Source: Spirochaetota bacterium (lineage in GTDB: Bacteria; Spirochaetota; UBA4802; UBA5550). Taken from it: a stretch of DNA of 64,000 bases. The notes below the pieces were generated by a model. It worked only from the letters and a program-made list of their open reading frames with translations. It searched no databases and was not told the DNA's origin. Shown in pieces: positions 56,992-64,000 of this stretch; the stretch's first letter is position 1, and every line of letters starts with the position of its first letter. A program made the translations under genes and the position numbers. The stretch lies in NCBI GenBank assembly GCA_963663865.1, contig OY760686.1, forward strand, positions 1,344,001 to 1,408,000, given 5' to 3'.

Positions 56992-58416
56992 ATGAAGATG
57001 CTGGTTGCTATCTCGAACTATGGAACGGCCAATGACCGCTACAGAGACAGGCTTTTGAAGGAATACCTCGCCATGAGCTTTGAAACGGACATAGTGCTTA
57101 TGGCAGAAAAGGTGAAAGATATCCCCGCTCATCCGAACATATCTCTGATTACGGGCCTTCCGTCCAGGGATCCATGGTCGCTGCCTTTTCTACACCGTCC
57201 CCTCTTTATTGAGAGGCAGGATGACTACGATCTTTTCGTTTACTCAGAGGACGATACTTTGCTCACCGAGGCTAATGTCAACGCGTTCCTTGAGGCTGAC
57301 AGGCTTTTGCCGGAAGGAATGATTCCCGGATTTCTCCGCTATGAAGAGGGGCCGGACGGGCAGCGTTACTGTTCGACAATGCATGCCTTTTATCACTGGG
57401 ATGTCGGCTCTGTTGCTGAATACGGAGGCAAGCTTTTCGGCTATTACACAAATGAACACGGGGCGCTCTATATTCTTACGCGCGGACAGCTAAAAAAGGC
57501 CATCGCCTCTGGAGGCTATACTGTTACCCCGCATGCGGGGATGTACGATATGCTTGTGTCAGCCGCCACAGATCCTTACACAATGTGCGGTCTGAAAAAG
57601 ATGATATGCCTTTCAGATATTCAGAACTTTATGCTCCACCACCTTCCAAATATCTACAGCATCAATGCCGGCCGCTCCATTCAGAACATCCTGAGCTACA
57701 GCGATCTCAGGGAGGAAATCAGGGCAATGGAAATACTCTGGAGCGAAGGCAGGGTCTCAGAGAGGCTTTTCCCGTTGCCTCAAAAACTTCCCACGCGTGA
57801 GTTTAACAGGGTGTTTCACACAAAAGGCAAGGGGGGGATAACGGCCCTTGCCGGGACTCCGCCCAAAAGAATTCTCTCTGTCGGCTGTGTTGATGGAAAA
57901 GACGAAAGACATTTGATGGATATGGGGCATTCCGTCAGGGCTGTGCCCGCTGACGGAATTATTGCCGTTCTGGCTTCAGGGAAGGGCGTCCGGCTGACCT
58001 CGCCGAATCTTGACTCAGCGCTGAAGGAACTCGAAGGAGAAAGCTTTGATTTGATTTTGCTCGATAATGTTCTCCAGTACTTCCAGAAGCCCTCAGAGCT
58101 CCTGTTGAGACTGAGAGAAAGCGCCGGAAATGACGCGTCTGCTATTCTCGTTGCAAGGAACCTGAAAAGCGTTACGATGTATCGAAAACGCAAGGTCGGG
58201 GCAGCCCGACGCTTGCTTGGTGATTTTAGCAGGTCAGGAATCTATTTTACCGATCTGTCAGTAATAAGGTCGTGGATTAAACAGTCCGGCATGAGAATTG
58301 ACTCAATTGTGCCTGTCATGGGAAGAAAAAAGCGAATTCTGAACAGGCTGACGTTGGGGGTGCTGATGAGATTTTTCGCTGACGAGTTTATTGTGAAGGC
58401 AGTGCCCTCTAAGTGA
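56992..58416 (+). CDS. Putative glycosyltransferase-like / SAM-methyltransferase-like fusion
   Basis: N-half YDLFVYSEDD (DxD-like); C-half RILSVGC..FDLILLDNVLQY (class I MTase-like); GGAGG before ATG 56992. Confidence 0.6.
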   Translation: MKMLVAISNYGTANDRYRDRLLKEYLAMSFETDIVLMAEKVKDIPAHPNISLITGLPSRDPWSLPFLHRPLFIERQDDYDLFVYSEDDTLLTEANVNAFLEADRLLPEGMIPGFLRYEEGPDGQRYCSTMHAFYHWDVGSVAEYGGKLFGYYTNEHGALYILTRGQLKKAIASGGYTVTPHAGMYDMLVSAATDPYTMCGLKKMICLSDIQNFMLHHLPNIYSINAGRSIQNILSYSDLREEIRAMEILWSEGRVSERLFPLPQKLPTREFNRVFHTKGKGGITALAGTPPKRILSVGCVDGKDERHLMDMGHSVRAVPADGIIAVLASGKGVRLTSPNLDSALKELEGESFDLILLDNVLQYFQKPSELLLRLRESAGNDASAILVARNLKSVTMYRKRKVGAARRLLGDFSRSGIYFTDLSVIRSWIKQSGMRIDSIVPVMGRKKRILNRLTLGVLMRFFADEFIVKAVPSK

Positions 58417-58478
58417 ATCTAAAGGCCGTTATCATCCGACGGATAGAGCTGAAGCTTTCACAAGCCCGTGCTGAATAA

Positions 58479-58511
58479 AAGAAGCCCCCGGCAATCTGCC
58501 GGGGGCTTCTT
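58479..58511. terminator. Bidirectional intrinsic terminator
   Basis: Perfect 15-bp stem AAGAAGCCCCCGGCA-ATC-TGCCGGGGGCTTCTT between convergent CDS and tRNA-Gly. Confidence 0.85.
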
Positions 58512-58522
58512 GGTGTACGATG

Positions 58523-58593
58523 AGCGGGTGATGAGAATCGAACTCACGTAGTCAGCTTGGAAGGCTGAAGTTCTACCATTGAACTACACCCGC
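58523..58593 (-). tRNA. tRNA-Gly(TCC)
   Basis: Reverse complement GCGGGTG-TA-GTTCAATGGTAGAAC-T-TCAGC CT TCC AA GCTGA-CTAC-GTGAG TTCGATT CTCAT-CACCCGC-T; CCA not encoded. Confidence 0.96.
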
Positions 58594-58744
58594 ATGTTAT
58601 ATTTACATTGATATCTGACCTCCCTGCTGTGTCAATAAAAATTGCAAAAAAATCTTACCTCAAAGAGAAAAAATTTTCGCTCTCTGGTATAAAAAACCTC
58701 TTTGTGCCCGGTCATTTGATGTGCAATAAAACAGCGTTTTTTGA

Positions 58745-58788
58745 TTGACAATTATGTCTCATTTGGGTATTTGTGGGGGAAAGTGGGG
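58745..58788 (+). promoter_or_regulatory. dcw promoter with MraZ-binding direct repeats
   Basis: TTGACA-17 nt-TATTTG; TGGG at 58764, 58774, 58784 (10-bp period), matching known MraZ boxes. Confidence 0.75.
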
Positions 58789-58824
58789 ATTTTTGTTGAA
58801 TTAATTCCTGCGAGGGGTCGCCGA

Positions 58825-59256
58825 ATGTTCATGGGAGAATATCATCCGGTCGCTGATGAGAAGGGCAGGGTTGCCGTTCCAGTCAGGCTGCGCAAGGCTT
58901 TCGGCGATGATATCAGCACGCTTGTTTTAACCCATGGCTTTGACCGATGCATAATGGGTTTCCGTGAATCAGATTGGAAGGAATTTGTTGAGACGAGGCT
59001 TGTACCGCTCTCGCAGTCTGATCCGGATAACCGCAAAAAGGTACGCTTTTTGTTGGGCGGCGCCTCCGTTTGTGAGCTTGACAGGCAGGGCAGGCTGCTT
59101 CTGCCGTCATATCTGAAGGACTATGCCGGCATTGAGAAGGCTCTTGCAGTCCTTGGTGTTTACGACCGGATTGAGATATGGTCGGAAGAATCCTATTTGA
59201 GTTATAAGCCTGCCGGAAGTTGTCTTGATGAATTCGCAGGCGATCTTGGTCTTTAG
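58825..59256 (+). CDS. mraZ: Transcriptional repressor MraZ
   Basis: MFMGEY..DEKGRVAVP, LDRQGRLLLP, IEIW; GAGGGG RBS before ATG 58825. Confidence 0.96.
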   Translation: MFMGEYHPVADEKGRVAVPVRLRKAFGDDISTLVLTHGFDRCIMGFRESDWKEFVETRLVPLSQSDPDNRKKVRFLLGGASVCELDRQGRLLLPSYLKDYAGIEKALAVLGVYDRIEIWSEESYLSYKPAGSCLDEFAGDLGL

Positions 59257-59313
59257 TTTTGAGCGTTGATCTTTCCGGGATTGTCCGGACAGAATATATA
59301 AAAGCGGAATACA

Positions 59314-60285
59314 ATGAGACATAATCTTGAAGAGGCTGTTAATCCTGAATTCGCGCACATCCCCATTATGTGGAGGGAGATGTTCGAGTTTGTGGAAGGT
59401 TCTGCTTCGGGCGGAAAGGGGACCCTGGTGGATTGCACCCTGGGCGAGGGAGGCCACTCGGACCTGTTTCTGCGCTTTTTCCCTGATTTAAAGGTCATCG
59501 CTTTTGAGAGAGACCCCGAGATTCTGGAGGTTGCCGGGAGGCGGCTTTCGGTTCACGGTGACCGTATCTCATTCGCAAACAGTAATTTCTCCGAGGCCGC
59601 TGAAAGGCTTTCGGAGATGGGTGCCAGGGCGGACTATGTCCTTTATGACTTCGGGATATCGTCCTTTCACTTTGACAGAAGCGGGAGGGGCTTCGGTTTT
59701 AAGGAAGATGAGCCGCTTGACATGCGGCTTGGTTCCAATTCGGACGGCCTAACGGCCGAAAGAATTGTGAACAGATTCAGCGAGGATGAGCTGACGGATA
59801 TTTTTTACCGATACGGAGAAGAAAACTGGTCGAGGCACATCGCGCGGATAATATGCGAACGGCGCCAGAAGAGGCCGCTGATGACCACGGGAGAGCTTGC
59901 ACAGCTTGTGCTTGAGGCAATTCCTAAGAAGTTTCATGTGAGAAATATTCATCCGGCAACGAGAATATTTCAGGCTATCCGAATCAGGGTTAACGATGAG
60001 CTGACGGCTATTGAATCGGCCCTTAAGGGCATTCGGTCAGTCTGTGCTCCAGGGGCCCTGATTATGGCAATGTCCTTTCACTCGCTGGAGGACCGTATAG
60101 TAAAAGAGCGTTTCAGGCTGCTCCACAGGGGCTGTGAGTGCGGTCATGAGCCTAAAATGTGCGTTTGCACTAATAAGCCCTTTGTCGAGATTCTCACAAA
60201 GAAGCCGCTGATGGCACAGGAAGACGAGGTCGCTCTTAACCGGAGGTCCAGAAGCGCGAGATTGAGAGTTTGCCGTGTTATTTAG
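59314..60285 (+). CDS. rsmH: 16S rRNA m4C1402 methyltransferase
   Basis: HIPIM, DCTLGEGGHS, DFGISS, PLDMR, HPATRIFQAIRIRVNDEL, SFHSLEDR, SRSARLR. Confidence 0.97.
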   Translation: MRHNLEEAVNPEFAHIPIMWREMFEFVEGSASGGKGTLVDCTLGEGGHSDLFLRFFPDLKVIAFERDPEILEVAGRRLSVHGDRISFANSNFSEAAERLSEMGARADYVLYDFGISSFHFDRSGRGFGFKEDEPLDMRLGSNSDGLTAERIVNRFSEDELTDIFYRYGEENWSRHIARIICERRQKRPLMTTGELAQLVLEAIPKKFHVRNIHPATRIFQAIRIRVNDELTAIESALKGIRSVCAPGALIMAMSFHSLEDRIVKERFRLLHRGCECGHEPKMCVCTNKPFVEILTKKPLMAQEDEVALNRRSRSARLRVCRVI

Positions 60286-60378
60286 CGTTTTTTGTTTTTT
60301 CTAAAAGATGGTTGAAAGAGCGGCTGTATATAAAAAGTCTGTCACGTTGCCTTTTCTGGCAACCTGAGGAGGCTGGCG

Positions 60379-60639
60379 GTGAAATACCTTGTTATTGTTC
60401 TTTCCATGAGTCTGTTTGTCATCGGATTCGTATGGCAGAATATTGAGGTCGTTAAGCTTAAGATGGAATACAGGCGGCTTCAAACAGAGAGGGCAGAGGC
60501 GGCTAGGGAGAACGACCGGCTTCGATGTGAGATTCAAGAGTTGAGCAGCCTTAAAAGGCTCGAAAATGCCGCTCTGTCTCTGGGCATGAGGCCGATTAAA
60601 CCGGGCGATGTTCATATAATCGGGAAGGAAGCGAAGTGA
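60379..60639 (+). CDS. ftsL: Cell division protein FtsL
   Basis: TM + coiled coil + LSSLKRLENAALSLGM; position after rsmH; AGGAGG before GTG. Confidence 0.8.
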   Translation: MKYLVIVLSMSLFVIGFVWQNIEVVKLKMEYRRLQTERAEAARENDRLRCEIQELSSLKRLENAALSLGMRPIKPGDVHIIGKEAK

Positions 60640-62168
60640 CTGTAAAAGTGAAATCCATTGAACTTCAAAGGCTTATATCGCAAAGCCCGGCTGATGTCAG
60701 GCTTTGCGGGTCGGAGAAGCAGGGCCGAACCGAAATCTTCGGAGTAGAGTACGATTCAAGAAAGGTATTCCCAGGAGCGCTCTTTGTGGCGGTTAAGGGA
60801 TTCGAGTCTGACGGGCATGGCTATGTCCGCCGGGCGGTTGAGGCCGGAGCTGCTGCCGTTGTTGTTTCGGAGGACAGGGCTGCCGAGTTTGAAGACCTCT
60901 CCGCCTCGGGCACAGCTGTTCTCGTATCATCTGATACGAGACGTACACTTTCCGCGCTTTCAGCGGCCTTTTTTGGTTTTCCATCACGGGGAATGAGGAT
61001 CGTGGGTGTTACCGGGACCAACGGTAAGACCTCAATAACCTACATGATAGAATCAGCTCTCAAACAGGACGGGGCTTCGCCGGGCGTTATCGGAACGGTA
61101 AACTACAGATGGGCCGGCAAAACCCTTGACGCGCCCAATACAACTCCCGAGTCGAGAGACCTGCAGGAGCTTCTATACTCCATGAGCCTTGACGGGGTAG
61201 ATACCGTTGTAATGGAAGTCTCCTCTCATGCCCTTGAGCTTGGCCGCGCCGCCGATATCGAATTTGACTGCGCTATCTTTACAAATCTGACCGGCGATCA
61301 CCTTGACTTTCACAGGGACATGGAGTCGTATTTCAACGCCAAGCTTAAGCTTTTCGATCATCTTGATAAAAGCCCAAAGCCCCGGAAGGCCGCTGTCGTA
61401 AACATTGATGACGAGTATGGTAAGAGAATATACGCTGACCGTGATAAATACCAGTATCCCGTCTATTCGTTTGGAGTTGAGAATCCCGCTGATTACATGC
61501 CGGAGAAGAGCTCCATCCTCAACAGAATTACAGGCCTGGCTTACATGTTAAAGTCGCCTGAAAAAGCCGGAATCTCGCTTAAAATAGCCGGGCGCTTTCA
61601 TGTCTACAACTCGCTCGCTGCGCTTTCCGCGCTGCATTCCCTGGGTGTGGGCTTCTCCAGCATCTCTGAGGGCCTTGCTTCTCTGGAGGCTGTACCGGGC
61701 CGTTTCGATGTAAGGACTTCAAAGTCAGGCTTTAGCGTAGTTGTTGATTACGCTCATACCGGCGACGCGCTTGAAAAGCTTCTGCAGTCGGTAAGGGAGC
61801 TTGATCATAACAGGCTGATCACTGTGTTCGGATGCGGCGGAGACAGGGACAAAACCAAGAGGCCGGTGATGGGCAGGATTGCTTCCGAGTACTCCGATAT
61901 CGCCATTGTAACCAGCGACAATCCCAGGACCGAGGATCCGGCTTTGATTATTAAAGATATTATCCCCGGAATAAAAAACGAAAACTACGAAGTGATTGAG
62001 GACCGCACAGATGCAATCGAATACGCCGTGAGCCTGGCTGTTGAAGGCGATATCATAGTAATAGCCGGGAAGGGTCACGAAACATATCAGATAATCGGTA
62101 AAACAAAAACTCATTACGACGACCACGAGGTTGCCGGGACTTTTATAAGCCGGAGGGAATCTCTGTGA
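60636..62168 (+). CDS. murE: UDP-MurNAc-tripeptide synthetase MurE (meso-DAP type)
   Basis: GVTGTNGKT, NTTPE, MEVSSH, DHLDFH, DYAHT, DNPR, AGKGHE. Confidence 0.97.
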   Translation: MTVKVKSIELQRLISQSPADVRLCGSEKQGRTEIFGVEYDSRKVFPGALFVAVKGFESDGHGYVRRAVEAGAAAVVVSEDRAAEFEDLSASGTAVLVSSDTRRTLSALSAAFFGFPSRGMRIVGVTGTNGKTSITYMIESALKQDGASPGVIGTVNYRWAGKTLDAPNTTPESRDLQELLYSMSLDGVDTVVMEVSSHALELGRAADIEFDCAIFTNLTGDHLDFHRDMESYFNAKLKLFDHLDKSPKPRKAAVVNIDDEYGKRIYADRDKYQYPVYSFGVENPADYMPEKSSILNRITGLAYMLKSPEKAGISLKIAGRFHVYNSLAALSALHSLGVGFSSISEGLASLEAVPGRFDVRTSKSGFSVVVDYAHTGDALEKLLQSVRELDHNRLITVFGCGGDRDKTKRPVMGRIASEYSDIAIVTSDNPRTEDPALIIKDIIPGIKNENYEVIEDRTDAIEYAVSLAVEGDIIVIAGKGHETYQIIGKTKTHYDDHEVAGTFISRRESL

Positions 62169-63568
62169 TTGCGGAATACAAAAGCACCGCGGGTGCGGTA
62201 GCCGATATTGTTGGAGGCAGACTTGCCGCGGGTGGGCGTGGAACGGTCATTGAAAGAATAGTCTCCGATTCGAGAGAGCTTTCCGGAAGGGGCTGCCTTT
62301 TTGTGCCCATCAGGGGCGAAAAATTCGACGGGCACGACTATATCGAAAAAGCTTTTGAGGGCGGGGCTGTTTCAGCTGCACTGTCTATGACTGAGGGTTA
62401 CGAGCAGGCCGCGGCAAGGAACGGAGCGGCTCTCATAAACTGCGGCGATACGCTTGCCGCGCTCGGGTCGGTCGCGGCAGCGCACAGGCTTGAGATGAAA
62501 GCCGTTGTTGCGGGAGTTACAGGGACGAACGGCAAGACAACAGTTAAGGAGATGCTCCACCACATTCTTTCACTAAAGTACAGCTGCTTTAAGAATGAAA
62601 AGAATTACAACAACGAGATTGGTGTTCCATTTACGATCCTTGGGCTGCGCCCTTCACATGAAAAAGCGGTTATCGAAATGGGGATGAATCACCCGGGAGA
62701 GATAGAGAGGCTTTCAAAAATTGTAAGGCCGGACGTGGCAGTAATTACCGGAGTGGGCGAAGGCCATCTTGAGTATCTGGGTTCTGTGAGAAATGTTGCT
62801 CTCGCCAAGAGTGAGATTTTTATGGGGATGAGGCCTGGTTCTTTGGCCGTTGTTAACGCTGACAATGAATTCTTTAATCTGCTTGAGGAGCGTGCCCGCG
62901 AGTACGGTGTTAAGGTGACCGGCTTCGGGCTCGAACGAGGAGATATTGTTCCTGACGGCTATCAAATATCCCCTGAAGGAATACGCTTTAAACTCTTCGG
63001 GGTTGAAATGCGCGTTCCGGTCTATGGCCTTCACAATGTCAGCAACGCCGTTGCCGCAGCCGCGGCAGCATCGTATATGGGAGTCGGCCCTGAAGAAACA
63101 GCTTCAGCGCTTTCTTCTTTTAAAGGCGTCAGCGGAAGGAGCGAGCTTGTCGAGTGCGGAGGAGTGACGGTAATCAACGATTCATACAATTCAAATCCGC
63201 TGTCAGCATCTTCAGCCATTAAGTCAGCTTCAGCGGCGTTCAGAGGCAGAAGGCTCATTGCAGTGCTCGGCGACATGAAGGAACTGGGTCCGGAAGCAGC
63301 AAGGCTTCATGCCGGGACAGGCCGTGAGGCGGCGCTTAACGGGTTTGCGGCGCTCTTCGTTTGCGGCGAATTCTCGAGGGAATACGCAAGCGGCGCTGCC
63401 GGCGCGGGTATGGATTCGGTAAACGCGATTGAGTTCGATTCGAGGGAAGAGCTTGCCCGCTATCTCAAGTCATTTGTTCTTCCCGGCGACGTGGTGCTTG
63501 TTAAGGGATCCAGGTCAACAAAAATGGAAGAGGTCGTTCAGGCCCTGGTCAAACGAGAGGAAAGATAA
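62165..63568 (+). CDS. murF: UDP-MurNAc-pentapeptide synthetase MurF
   Basis: GVTGTNGKTTVKE, NYNNEIGVP, EMGMNHPGEI, NDSYNSNP, GDMKELG, VKGSR. Confidence 0.97.
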   Translation: MIAEYKSTAGAVADIVGGRLAAGGRGTVIERIVSDSRELSGRGCLFVPIRGEKFDGHDYIEKAFEGGAVSAALSMTEGYEQAAARNGAALINCGDTLAALGSVAAAHRLEMKAVVAGVTGTNGKTTVKEMLHHILSLKYSCFKNEKNYNNEIGVPFTILGLRPSHEKAVIEMGMNHPGEIERLSKIVRPDVAVITGVGEGHLEYLGSVRNVALAKSEIFMGMRPGSLAVVNADNEFFNLLEERAREYGVKVTGFGLERGDIVPDGYQISPEGIRFKLFGVEMRVPVYGLHNVSNAVAAAAAASYMGVGPEETASALSSFKGVSGRSELVECGGVTVINDSYNSNPLSASSAIKSASAAFRGRRLIAVLGDMKELGPEAARLHAGTGREAALNGFAALFVCGEFSREYASGAAGAGMDSVNAIEFDSREELARYLKSFVLPGDVVLVKGSRSTKMEEVVQALVKREER

Positions 63569-63569
63569 A

Positions 63570-64000
63570 ATGTTCTATCATTTAATACTGCCGCTGCAGG
63601 ATCACCTGTCTTTTTTAAGGCTTTTTCAATATATCACATTCAGGTCTGCTTACGCGGCGCTGACTTCGCTTCTGCTTGTGCTCATTTTCGGAAAGATAAT
63701 GATTGCCTGGCTTCAGAGCCTTAAATTGAAAGAGGAAATACGCAAACTCGGTCCGGAGAGTCACCAGGCAAAGGCCGGTACTCCAACAATGGGCGGAATA
63801 ATTATTCTCGGAGCGGTTCTCGTCTCAGCCCTGCTCTGGGGGAACTTCAACAATGCCTACTTTATCGTGCTTATGGCGGCGACTGTTCTTTTAGGAGCGC
63901 TTGGCTTTGCTGATGATTACATTAAGACAATACTCAAAAGAAAGGACGGGCTTCCCGCAAGAGGTAAGCTTCTCATTCAGCTTTGTATAGGCACCGGGGT
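63570..64000 (+). CDS. mraY: Phospho-MurNAc-pentapeptide transferase MraY, truncated by window end
   Basis: Manual translation: MFYHL..FQYITFRS..GPESHQAKAGTPTMGG..GFADDYIK. Confidence 0.95.
   Translation, partial: MFYHLILPLQDHLSFLRLFQYITFRSAYAALTSLLLVLIFGKIMIAWLQSLKLKEEIRKLGPESHQAKAGTPTMGGIIILGAVLVSALLWGNFNNAYFIVLMAATVLLGALGFADDYIKTILKRKDGLPARGKLLIQLCIGTG

Overview
Mostly a housekeeping backbone of a bacterial chromosome. Gene order (TPR-nusB-ribH; tRNA-Val-thrS-infC-rpmI-rplT; zapB-zapA-6S-cheW-cheA-cheB-cheY-scpAB-pheA-tyrA-cmk-rpsA; rpmF-acp-rnc-NUDIX-aroB; mraZ-rsmH-ftsL-murE-murF-mraY without ftsI; DAP-type MurE) suggests a Leptospira-related spirochaete. That taxonomy is inference from recalled synteny, not a database result. 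The middle and right parts hold scattered envelope/glycan genes, an EF-G paralogue, transporters and several uncharacterised exported proteins. There are three tRNAs (Val-GAC, Phe-GAA, Gly-TCC) and a probable 6S RNA. I found no transposase, integrase, prophage, CRISPR array or recognisable defence island, and I cannot point to one clearly new multi-gene system. The most unusual items are: a perfect (CATTTAC)x~29 array directly behind tRNA-Phe; a CheA kinase fused to a CheC-type phosphatase; a stand-alone 64-aa MshEN-like protein; a YihY/BrkB membrane protein with an inserted Asp-box beta-propeller; a multi-stem RNA between rpmI and rplT; and a uORF/slippery-site/hairpin arrangement in front of ftsL.
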